Of a stretch of DNA of 64,000 nucleotides, positions 17,678 to 26,418 are shown piece after piece. A program made the translations under genes and the position numbers. This DNA is from Bacteroidales bacterium (GTDB taxonomy: Bacteria; Bacteroidota; Bacteroidia; Bacteroidales; VadinHA17), in contig JADGPU010000001.1 of NCBI GenBank assembly GCA_017882305.1, forward strand, positions 7,789 to 71,788, written 5' to 3'. A model generated the notes under the pieces. The model had not been told where the DNA came from. It saw nothing but the letters and a program-made list of their open reading frames with translations, and searched no databases. The number at the start of each line of letters is the position of its first letter. Position 1 is the first letter of the stretch.

Positions 17678-18023
17678 TATGGAAAAATTCGGATTTACCA
17701 TATCAAAAGGACGGCAGATCGACTATGAGTCCAATAACCGGAGAATAGCCGAGTACATTTTTGAGAATGAACCCAGCTTCAGACTATGCTTTGAATGTGG
17801 CGGTTGCTCGGCGACTTGTACTACCGCTAATTTTACAGGTTTTAGTCTTCGGGAACTTAATATACTGATTAAACGTGGCGAAAATGATCAGGTACGCAGT
17901 ACTTTAAAAAAATGCATGCTCTGTGGTAAATGTACCCTGGTTTGTCCACGAGGAGTCAATACCAGAAATATAGTGGTTCTGGCAAAACAAGCCTTTCAAA
18001 AATCGGATGAATATGAAATTTGA
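17664..18023 (+). CDS. Small HdrC2-like 4Fe-4S dicluster protein
   Basis: CFECGGCSATC and CMLCGKCTLVCP. The start overlaps the hdrA-like stop by 14 nt. Confidence 0.75.
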   Translation: MVKDNMEKFGFTISKGRQIDYESNNRRIAEYIFENEPSFRLCFECGGCSATCTTANFTGFSLRELNILIKRGENDQVRSTLKKCMLCGKCTLVCPRGVNTRNIVVLAKQAFQKSDEYEI

Positions 18024-19911
18024 TCCTTTCATAATACCATTTAATATTGGATTATACTTCATACTCATATATGTTGTATCAAGAAGTGTAATATGGTTCC
18101 GCGACCTCTCACGACCGGATAAGCTGAGGCTGCAACGTGGGTTCTTTGGTATAGCCTTTGGCCTGAGCCTTAAAGAAATATTTATGGAGAGTTTGATACA
18201 CAGGAAGATATTTAAAACAAATATCCGCCTGGGTTATATGCATATGAGCCTGGCTTTCGGCTGGTTTTTACTTATATTATTTGGCACAATTGAAGCTGAT
18301 ATTTTTAGCGCGAAACACCTTAATGCTCCTTATAAAGCTATCTTTTTCAGGTTCTTCAATCCCGATCATGGCAGGATGGGATTTGAGGCAGCTTATGGAT
18401 TTTTAATGGATCTGATACTTGCATTTATTCTGTCAGGATTATTGGTGGCTGTTTTGAAAAGGTTTTATTCGAAAATTGTCGGTATGAAGAAGACTACCCG
18501 TCTGAAGATGTCCGACAGAATTGCCCTTACTTCACTATGGCTTATCTTCCCCAGCCGTCTCCTAGCTGAAAGTTTCACGTGTGGCGCTTATGGTACCGGC
18601 AGTTTTCTTACCGGATCACTTGGAGCCTGGTTTGCAACATTCCTTCCGGCCCAACAGATGGCCTATCCTTTCTGGTGGCTTTATTCCATCTCTTTGGGAA
18701 CTTTTTTCGTTCTTTTACCGATAACAAGGTATATGCACATACCCACTGAACTATTCCTTATTTTTATGAGAAATTCAGGAATAAAAACCGGCGACAAGAC
18801 AGGTACATATTCAGAGGTTCAAACTTACTCCTGCTCTTCATGCGGAATATGCATTGATGCATGTCAGCTTAATTTTTCAGCAGGTATTACCAATATTCAG
18901 TCAGCTTACCTAATGAAGGCTATTCGTAATAACGATGACGTTTCTGAAATCGCTGATAACTGCCTGATGTGTGGCAGGTGCGATCAGAAATGTCCCGTGG
19001 GAATAGAACTTTCTCCAATCAGGATGATCCAAAGAAGGGCAGGTGAAGCTGAAAATGATTTCAGGAACATTTATAAAGGTTATTTCAGGAGCCGGCAGCC
19101 TATTATTTCAGAAAAAGCCATTGGTTCTTCAAATTATTCTTTCCTTCATGAAACAGATCCGGAAAAAGCTGACATTTTGTATTTTGCAGGTTGTATGACC
19201 CACCTGACTCCAACTATTAAAAATTCCATGATAAAAATTCTCGATGCCTCAGGAGTGAAATACAATTTTATTGATGAGCAGGGAGGTGTCTGTTGTGGAC
19301 GTCCGTTAATGCTTGCAGGACAGGATAAGGAAGCCAGGGAACTTATTAATTATAATTCGCAGATGATCTGGAAATCGGGCGCTCACACACTAATAACATC
19401 GTGTCCAATATGTTATAAAGTTTTTAAGGAGAGCTATTATCTTGATGTTGAGGTGCTTCATCACACACAATTTATTAAGATGCTCATCGATGAAGGATCT
19501 GTGAAATTGAATTTCTTACGCAATAAAGTTGTCTATCATTCTCCTTGCGATCTTGGAAGAGGATCAGGTGTCTATGATGAACCAAAAGAGGTTCTGAATC
19601 ATGTTTCTCGCCTTCAGAAAAGCAATTTCGAAGATGGAAATTCCCTTTGTTGTGGAGGAAGTCTTGCTAACATGAAAATAAGTTCTCAGAAGAAAAAGAA
19701 AATAGCTCTCGAAGCCGCTATAGAACTGACCAAAGATAACCCCGATATCCTTGCAACCGCCTGTCCTCTTTGTAAAAAGACTTTCTCAGCTGTTACAGAA
19801 ACAAGAGTCGCAGATATTTCAGAGATTGTGGCCGAAGCTTTAATTGAGAAACCCGTGAAAAAAAATAACATCAGCAATGTCAAATCAATAAGAGAGTTGG
19901 CAAATATTTGA
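18007..19911 (+). CDS. Membrane cytochrome-b-like (NarI/HdrE/DsrM-type) domain fused to an HdrD-like Fe-S/CCG protein
   Basis: The N-terminal ~260 aa have 5-6 helices with His in YMHMS and RYMHIP. These are followed by CSSCGICIDACQ and CLMCGRCDQKCP, then two CCG domains (GGVCCGRP/ITSCPICYK and LCCGGS/TACPLCKK). Confidence 0.8.
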   Translation: MNMKFDPFIIPFNIGLYFILIYVVSRSVIWFRDLSRPDKLRLQRGFFGIAFGLSLKEIFMESLIHRKIFKTNIRLGYMHMSLAFGWFLLILFGTIEADIFSAKHLNAPYKAIFFRFFNPDHGRMGFEAAYGFLMDLILAFILSGLLVAVLKRFYSKIVGMKKTTRLKMSDRIALTSLWLIFPSRLLAESFTCGAYGTGSFLTGSLGAWFATFLPAQQMAYPFWWLYSISLGTFFVLLPITRYMHIPTELFLIFMRNSGIKTGDKTGTYSEVQTYSCSSCGICIDACQLNFSAGITNIQSAYLMKAIRNNDDVSEIADNCLMCGRCDQKCPVGIELSPIRMIQRRAGEAENDFRNIYKGYFRSRQPIISEKAIGSSNYSFLHETDPEKADILYFAGCMTHLTPTIKNSMIKILDASGVKYNFIDEQGGVCCGRPLMLAGQDKEARELINYNSQMIWKSGAHTLITSCPICYKVFKESYYLDVEVLHHTQFIKMLIDEGSVKLNFLRNKVVYHSPCDLGRGSGVYDEPKEVLNHVSRLQKSNFEDGNSLCCGGSLANMKISSQKKKKIALEAAIELTKDNPDILATACPLCKKTFSAVTETRVADISEIVAEALIEKPVKKNNISNVKSIRELANI

Positions 19912-20003
19912 TATTTAATTTCCGTATTTCAAACAATTCATATACTGAAATTGTTTTTCGCACGTTATAAGCATAGGTCTTAAGCTAATTAAAATTTTGG
20001 AAA

Positions 20004-20552
20004 ATGTGTAGGAAAACATATGGGTTGCTAATATTGTTTGGTATAGGTATATTTTGTTCATGCAAGAATACAAGCGAACAGAAGGAAGCCAAAATGATAA
20101 TTGTTCAGAACAAGATTTTACAACAGAAGGATGGCACCATTTCTTTAAAAGTTGATAAAGCAGATTGTTATCAGGATATGGTAAATCCTTCAAGCAATAC
20201 AGCTGAATGGAATGTTGTTGTTTCTAAATCAGGACGTTTCAATGTATGGTTGTCGAGCGCTACAAAAGATACTACCGATCTGAAATACAATAATTCAGTG
20301 ATGCTGAGCATTCTTGATAACAGGATTGAAGCTCATCCGGCCTGTGACAAAATAGTACATAACTCAAACGATGTTAGTTATCCCTATTTCAGAGCGGACT
20401 CATTTATAGGGTCACTTTATATTCAGGATACCGGGTTATATAATATTCAGATAATCAGTGAGAAAATTGTTAAGGATATTAAGAAGGGAGTATCTTCAGG
20501 TTTGGAGAATTCAAAACTTCTATCAGTCTTTTTAACCCCGACTACCCGTTAG
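20004..20552 (+). CDS. Hypothetical lipoprotein
   Basis: Signal peptide plus lipobox (LILFGIGIFCSC). I recognise no family motif. The 3' end overlaps the purL stop region by 11 nt (convergent). Confidence 0.6.
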   Translation: MCRKTYGLLILFGIGIFCSCKNTSEQKEAKMIIVQNKILQQKDGTISLKVDKADCYQDMVNPSSNTAEWNVVVSKSGRFNVWLSSATKDTTDLKYNNSVMLSILDNRIEAHPACDKIVHNSNDVSYPYFRADSFIGSLYIQDTGLYNIQIISEKIVKDIKKGVSSGLENSKLLSVFLTPTTR

Positions 20553-23500
20553 TTTTTATCCATTCCCAGGCGTTTACAAAAGCTTTTATCCATGGTGTAA
20601 CATCATCATTTTTTCTATCAGCAGGGTAAAAACCACATTGCCATGGAAAATATGCTCTTTCAAGGTGTGGCATCATTACCAGGTGACGTCCATCTTCTGA
20701 ACATAATCCTGCAACATCATAATCTGACCCGTTTGGATTGGCCGGATAGGTATGTCTGCTGAATTTTAATGGTATGTGGTACTTGCTTTCAGGATATGGC
20801 AGACTGAATTGTCCCTCACCATGAGCTACCCATATTCCAAGCTCCATATTTGTCATGTTCCCAAGCATCACAGAGTTATTTTCTAAAATTTTTACCCCAA
20901 AAAAACCAGATTCAAATTTGTGTGACTTATTAAGAAGCAGCTTTGGTTTATCTTTGTGATTTGGATACAATAAATCCAATTCAGCCATAAGCTGACATCC
21001 GTTACAAACACCAAGTGAAAGAGTATCAGTTCTTTTATAGAAATTATAAAGGGAAATACGTGCTTTTTCATTATATCTGAATGCTCCCGCCCACCCTTTG
21101 GCTGATCCCAACACATCGGAATTTGAAAAACCTCCGACAAAAACTATCATGCTAATTTCCTCCAGGGTTTCTCTGCCCGATATGAGGTCTGTCATATGTA
21201 TATCCTTCACATCGAAACCTGCCAGATATAGGGCATAAGCCATCTCCCTGTCACCATTTACTCCTTTTTCTCTTATTATTGCGGCCCTGGTTCCTGATTT
21301 TTCCCTTCTATCAGGAGTTATTCCCAGAGATGTAAATGTTCCGGCAAAATCAGTAAGTTTGATATTCAATTCATGGTTTTTATAATTCTGAAATCGTTCA
21401 AGTGCAAGTTCCGATCCGCATTGACGCCGGTCAAGAAGATATGAAGTAAGGAACCATTTATCACGAAGCTTATCAATATCGAATGTCATTAAATTACCAT
21501 TGTTTGTCACATACAATGTTCTTTCGTTAACAGGGTGACCAATAGAGAAATATGATATCCCGTTTTCCAGAAGGATTTCAGCTGCTTCATCTTCATCTTT
21601 TACCTGGATAATGATACCGGGGTTTTGACTGAAGAGTATCTTTATGGTATCACTTTCATCAATGGCAGATAGGTTAACTGCTATTCCCCCACCAGTGTTT
21701 GAAAAGCACATTTCCAGAAGGGTTGTCAGCATTCCACCGGCTGATATATCATGCCCTGAGAGAATCTTTCCTTTAAATATCAGATCCTGAATTGTATCAA
21801 AAACTTCTTTGAAATATGCAGGGTCAGTGACAGTTGGAACATCATCGCCAAGCCTGTTAAGAATCTGGGCAAAGCTGCTGCCTTCAGGTTTATAGCCATC
21901 ACGGCTCATATCAATATACAGAAGACTCGTATGCGGATCGTTTACAATTACAGGTTCGACAATTTTTCTTATGTCCTCAATTTCAGCTGCTGCAGAAATT
22001 ATTACTGTTCCTGGTGAATACACAACCTGATCCTTATATTTCTGGGTCATCGAGAGACTGTCTTTCCCGGTCGGAATATTGATACCAAGTGCAATTGCAA
22101 AATCGCTTGCTGCCTTTACAGCTGAATAGAGCCTTGTATCCTCACCCGGATTTTTACAGGGCCACATCCAGTTAGCTGAGAGAGAAACACTTTTTAATTT
22201 GTTTGTGAGAGGAGCCCAGATGATATTTGTAAGTGCCTCTGCAATAGATAGTACCGAACCGACCGCAGGATCAATTAGTCCTGCTGCCGGAGCATGCCCG
22301 ATGGATGTTGCCATACCCTTTTTACCCCTGTAGTCAAGTGTAACGGCTCCCAGATTATTCAAGGGTAACTGAAGCGGGCCAGCACATTGTTGTTTCGCCA
22401 GTCTGCCGGTTACCGACCTGTCAACTTTATTTGTAAGCCAGTCTTTGCAGGCAACCTCCTCAAGCTGAAGAACCTTTTCTGCATACTCTTCAATTTTCTG
22501 AATCGAGTATTCGAGCTTTTTGTAGCTGTTCCCGACAACTACATCATTCATTATTGTTTTTGGAGGGTCACCGAAAAGAGATGCAAGCGCTAAATCAATT
22601 GGTTTTTCATTCGTGACAGGGTTCTCCAGAGTAAACTGCATATCGCCTGTTATTTCGCCGATGATATAAATTGGTGCTCTTTCCCTTTCGGCAATCTTCC
22701 TTAAAGTGTCAACATCAATCTTTTTCATGATAAGCCCCATTCGTTCCTGGGACTCATTACCGATAATTTCACGGGCCGAAAGAGTGGGGTCACCAACTGG
22801 TAATTTACTTATATCAATTTTACCTCCGGTTGCTTCGACAAGTTCAGAGAGACAGTTGAGGTGCCCACCTGCTCCATGATCGTGGATTGAAATAATCGGA
22901 TTATGGTCTGATTCACTCAGGGCCCTGATTGCATTGTAGACTCTTTTCTGCATCTCAGGATTGGCCCGCTGCACGGCATTTAGCTCTATCGAGCTGTCGA
23001 ACTTGCCTGTATCAACTGATGAAACGGCTCCACCACCCATTCCTATCCTGTAATTATCTCCTCCCAGTAATACTATAATGTCGCCTTTCTCAGGAATATT
23101 TTTCTCGCTATCCTTCTTCTTCCCAATTCCTATTCCACCGGCAAGCATTATAACCTTATCATAACCGAATTTTTTGAGATTCTCAAAATGTTCGAAGGTA
23201 AAAACCGAACCACAAATAAGTGGTTGTCCGAATTTATTTCCAAAATCACTTGCCCCATTTGATGCTTTAATTAAAATATCCTCAGGTGTCTGATAAAGCC
23301 AGGGTCTTTTCTGTGTGGATTTTTCCCAGGATCGGTCTCCATCAGGACGAGGATATGAAGTCATGTAAACAGCTGTCCCTGCAAGAGGAAAAGCACCTTT
23401 GCCTCCTGCAATCCGATCTCTGATCTCACCTCCGGTACCAGTTGAAGCCCCGTTGAAAGGTTCTACCGTGGTGGGGAAATTATGTGTCTCAGCTTTAATT

Positions 23501-24228
23501 GAAAGAACAGATTCATAGTCTGTTACGTTAAAAAAATCAGATTTGTCCTGAGTCGCCGGGGCAAATTGTTCGACAACCGGACCCTGTACAAATGCACAGT
23601 TATCTTTATATGCTGAAATAACACTATTTAGATTGGTTTTTGTCGTTGACTTAATCATCTGAAATAGAGTCTTCTCCTTTTCTTCACCTGACAGAACAAA
23701 TGTTCCGTTGAAGATTTTATGACGGCAGTGTTCTGAATTAACCTGTGAAAAGCCAAATACTTCACTATCTGTTAGTTTACGTCCTAATGAATTACTTAAT
23801 TTATCAAGATATTCAACTTCTTCATCGTTGAGAGCAAGTCCCTCTCTGAAATTATATTGTTTTATATCGTCAATATAAAAAACCGGATCAGGTAGTTTGT
23901 CAATGGTGAAGATGCTCTGATCTAATCCTTTATATAGTGATTGAAGCATAGGATCATAATAAGGTTTTTTAGATGATGCCGCATGAAACTCCTCGATTCT
24001 CTTTATTCCCGTGATCCCCATGTTCTGTGTGATCTCAACAGCATTGGTGCTCCATGGTGTTATCATCTCTTTTCTTGGTCCAACGAAAACGCCTTCGCAT
24101 TTTTCTGCATTGATAAGGTTAGCTTCACCGAATAGCCAGGAAAGTTTTTCGATATCTTTTTCAGGAAGTTTTACTGTGGTGCCGACTGCAATTAAATTAA
24201 AGGAGTTACATTCAAAAAAGAGGATCAT
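20542..24228 (-). CDS. purL: Phosphoribosylformylglycinamidine synthase, single-chain
   Basis: 1228 aa with AIR-synthase-like repeats (ETHNFPT, DHGAGG) and a C-terminal glutamine amidotransferase (GVCNGCQ, HGEG). Confidence 0.95.
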   Translation of the reverse strand: MILFFECNSFNLIAVGTTVKLPEKDIEKLSWLFGEANLINAEKCEGVFVGPRKEMITPWSTNAVEITQNMGITGIKRIEEFHAASSKKPYYDPMLQSLYKGLDQSIFTIDKLPDPVFYIDDIKQYNFREGLALNDEEVEYLDKLSNSLGRKLTDSEVFGFSQVNSEHCRHKIFNGTFVLSGEEKEKTLFQMIKSTTKTNLNSVISAYKDNCAFVQGPVVEQFAPATQDKSDFFNVTDYESVLSIKAETHNFPTTVEPFNGASTGTGGEIRDRIAGGKGAFPLAGTAVYMTSYPRPDGDRSWEKSTQKRPWLYQTPEDILIKASNGASDFGNKFGQPLICGSVFTFEHFENLKKFGYDKVIMLAGGIGIGKKKDSEKNIPEKGDIIVLLGGDNYRIGMGGGAVSSVDTGKFDSSIELNAVQRANPEMQKRVYNAIRALSESDHNPIISIHDHGAGGHLNCLSELVEATGGKIDISKLPVGDPTLSAREIIGNESQERMGLIMKKIDVDTLRKIAERERAPIYIIGEITGDMQFTLENPVTNEKPIDLALASLFGDPPKTIMNDVVVGNSYKKLEYSIQKIEEYAEKVLQLEEVACKDWLTNKVDRSVTGRLAKQQCAGPLQLPLNNLGAVTLDYRGKKGMATSIGHAPAAGLIDPAVGSVLSIAEALTNIIWAPLTNKLKSVSLSANWMWPCKNPGEDTRLYSAVKAASDFAIALGINIPTGKDSLSMTQKYKDQVVYSPGTVIISAAAEIEDIRKIVEPVIVNDPHTSLLYIDMSRDGYKPEGSSFAQILNRLGDDVPTVTDPAYFKEVFDTIQDLIFKGKILSGHDISAGGMLTTLLEMCFSNTGGGIAVNLSAIDESDTIKILFSQNPGIIIQVKDEDEAAEILLENGISYFSIGHPVNERTLYVTNNGNLMTFDIDKLRDKWFLTSYLLDRRQCGSELALERFQNYKNHELNIKLTDFAGTFTSLGITPDRREKSGTRAAIIREKGVNGDREMAYALYLAGFDVKDIHMTDLISGRETLEEISMIVFVGGFSNSDVLGSAKGWAGAFRYNEKARISLYNFYKRTDTLSLGVCNGCQLMAELDLLYPNHKDKPKLLLNKSHKFESGFFGVKILENNSVMLGNMTNMELGIWVAHGEGQFSLPYPESKYHIPLKFSRHTYPANPNGSDYDVAGLCSEDGRHLVMMPHLERAYFPWQCGFYPADRKNDDVTPWIKAFVNAWEWIKTNG

Positions 24229-24323
24229 GTCTGGAATATTAAGATGTTGATAGATAGTAAATTAAGTATTGTTGTTAATTAGACTTAAGAAGAGTCAAAG
24301 ATAGTATTAATTATTATTTGATA

Positions 24324-24379
24324 ATGTTGCAAGTTGCATGTTGCGTGTCAGATATCGCTTCTTGCACCTTGCACCTGAT
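24324..24379. repeat. 7-nt-period degenerate array (8 units)
   Basis: atgttgc aagttgc atgttgc gtgtcag atatcgc ttcttgc accttgc acctgat. Confidence 0.75.
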
Positions 24380-24384
24380 CTTAT

Positions 24385-26418
24385 TTATTTCAATCCGCTT
24401 CTAATAAGAAGGGCATCGATCGAAGGTTCCTTTCCTCTGAACCTCAAATAAAGATCGTGTGGTTTATCAGTTCCTCCTTTTTCAAGAATGTTTTTCCTGA
24501 ATGCTGCTGCAGTTTCCTTATTGAATATTCCGGTTTCTGTGAAATAACTGAAAGCGTCGGCATCAAGCACTTCAGCCCATTTATATCCATAATATCCCGC
24601 TGCATATCCGCCTCCGAATATGTGTCCGAAAGAGGAACTCATATTTAACCCGACAATTGGCGGAAACAACTCGGTTTTTGCCATAGCTACAGATTCAAAA
24701 TCAGAAATATTTGTATCAACCGGTCTGGTTATTGTATGCCATGCCATATCAAGAAAACCGAAGCCTAACTGACGATAACATGAATAACCCTCATTAAATG
24801 TTGAAGCTTCTTTTATCTTACCTATGATTTCAGCAGGAATTTTTTCTCCTGAGAGATAATGTGAAGCCCAAGTATCAAGCCACTCTTTTTCGAAAGCAAA
24901 ATTCTCCATGAACTGCGATGGAAGTTCAACGAAATCATGTGCGACATTTGTGCCTGACAGACTCTCGTAAGTGCATTTGGTAAGCATCGCATGCAGTGAA
25001 TGTCCAAACTCATGAAGCAAGGTGGTCAACTCATTAAATGACAAGAGTGAAGGTCTTGTCTCAGATGGCCTTGTAAAGTTGGCAACTATTGAGATTAGTG
25101 GTCTTACTTCATTTCCATTCTCATTCTTCTGATCTCTGTAACTGGTCATCCAGGCTCCACCATTCTTTCCAGCGCGAGGATGGTAATCGATATAGAGAAT
25201 TGAAAGAAAGGTGCCTTCGTAGTCATATACCTCAAAGGTTTTGACTTCGGGGTGGTAAACAGGTATTGTGATGTTTCTGATAAACCTGATACCATATAGT
25301 ATAGTAGCAAGACCCAGAACGGCGGTTTCAACTTTTTCAAGACTGAAATATGGTTTAAGTATTTCATCGTCAATATCATAAAGCTTTTTCTTAAGCTTCT
25401 CCGAATAGTAGGCCCAGTCGTACCTTTCGATTGCACCTGTATGTCCCAGACTCTCAGCAAAACTCCTGATACGTTCAAAGTCCCGTAAGGCCGCCGGCTT
25501 TGATGCCTGGTAAAGCTCTTCCTGAAATTTTTCGACTTTTTCAGGGGTATCAGCCATACGATCACCTAGTATCATTTCAGCAAATGTGCTGAATCCCAGC
25601 ATTTTGGCAATTTCGAGACGAAAGTTTGCTATTTTAATAGCATTTTGACTGTTATCAAAATCATTGGCTCTGAAAGCTCTGGAAGAATAGGCTTTTAACA
25701 TCTTCTCACGCAGGCCTCTTCTCTCAGAGTATTGCATAAATGGAACATAACTCGGAAAATGCAGAGTGAAAATCCATCCCTCTTTTTTTCTCCTTTCAGC
25801 TTCCATGGAAGCCATTTCAATTAAACTTTCAGGAAGTCCGGCAAGATCCTCTTTGTCAGTAATATGAAGCTCAAAAGAATTTGTCTCTTCAAGAACATTC
25901 TCTTCAAATTTAAGTGAGAGTGTTGACAGTTCCTCGGATATCGTCCTGAACCGTATTCTCTCTTCATCTTTTAAGGCCGCACCCCCCAGTATGAAATTTC
26001 TGAATTTCCTCTCTGTCAGGATCTTTTGTTCTGTGTTAAGTCTTAAGGTATCTTTTGATTCGAATACAATTTTTATCCTTTCAAAAAGTTTTTCATTAAG
26101 AGTAATATCATTTGAGAAGCGTGTGAGGAGAGGAGAAACTTCCTGAGCAACTTTCTGAAGAGATTTATTGGTATCAGCACTGTTCAGGTTGAAGAGAATT
26201 GATGTTATTCTCCCAAGAGTTTCCCCTGCTCTGTCAAGTGATGCGATGGTGTTTTCAAAATCCGGAGGTTGATTATTATCTGTAATGACTTTTATTTCTT
26301 CAGATGCAGACTTAATAGCCTTCTCAACTGCAGGTTTGAAATGAATTGTCTCAATAAGATGAAATGGAGGAGTTCCGAAAGGAGTATTCCATTCCTTAAG
26401 CAATGGGTTATTCATCAT
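24385..26418 (-). CDS. dcp: M3 family peptidyl-dipeptidase
   Basis: 677 aa with an HEFGHSLH zinc site; the length and N-terminus are typical of Dcp/oligopeptidase A. Confidence 0.85.
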   Translation of the reverse strand: MMNNPLLKEWNTPFGTPPFHLIETIHFKPAVEKAIKSASEEIKVITDNNQPPDFENTIASLDRAGETLGRITSILFNLNSADTNKSLQKVAQEVSPLLTRFSNDITLNEKLFERIKIVFESKDTLRLNTEQKILTERKFRNFILGGAALKDEERIRFRTISEELSTLSLKFEENVLEETNSFELHITDKEDLAGLPESLIEMASMEAERRKKEGWIFTLHFPSYVPFMQYSERRGLREKMLKAYSSRAFRANDFDNSQNAIKIANFRLEIAKMLGFSTFAEMILGDRMADTPEKVEKFQEELYQASKPAALRDFERIRSFAESLGHTGAIERYDWAYYSEKLKKKLYDIDDEILKPYFSLEKVETAVLGLATILYGIRFIRNITIPVYHPEVKTFEVYDYEGTFLSILYIDYHPRAGKNGGAWMTSYRDQKNENGNEVRPLISIVANFTRPSETRPSLLSFNELTTLLHEFGHSLHAMLTKCTYESLSGTNVAHDFVELPSQFMENFAFEKEWLDTWASHYLSGEKIPAEIIGKIKEASTFNEGYSCYRQLGFGFLDMAWHTITRPVDTNISDFESVAMAKTELFPPIVGLNMSSSFGHIFGGGYAAGYYGYKWAEVLDADAFSYFTETGIFNKETAAAFRKNILEKGGTDKPHDLYLRFRGKEPSIDALLIRSGLK

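Noticed and set aside
14861-19911. Selenocysteine (in-frame TGA) recoding in the Hdr-like or hydrogenase genes.
   Set aside because: All family domains are contained in uninterrupted ORFs. Adjacent ORF boundaries coincide with normal start/stop overlaps rather than a TGA inside a conserved Cys motif.
19930-19958. The AT-rich hairpin caaacaatt...aattgttttt after the Hdr-like operon, considered as a terminator.
   Set aside because: The stem is almost entirely A-T pairs with a short T-run, which is too weak to call without folding energies or 3'-end data.
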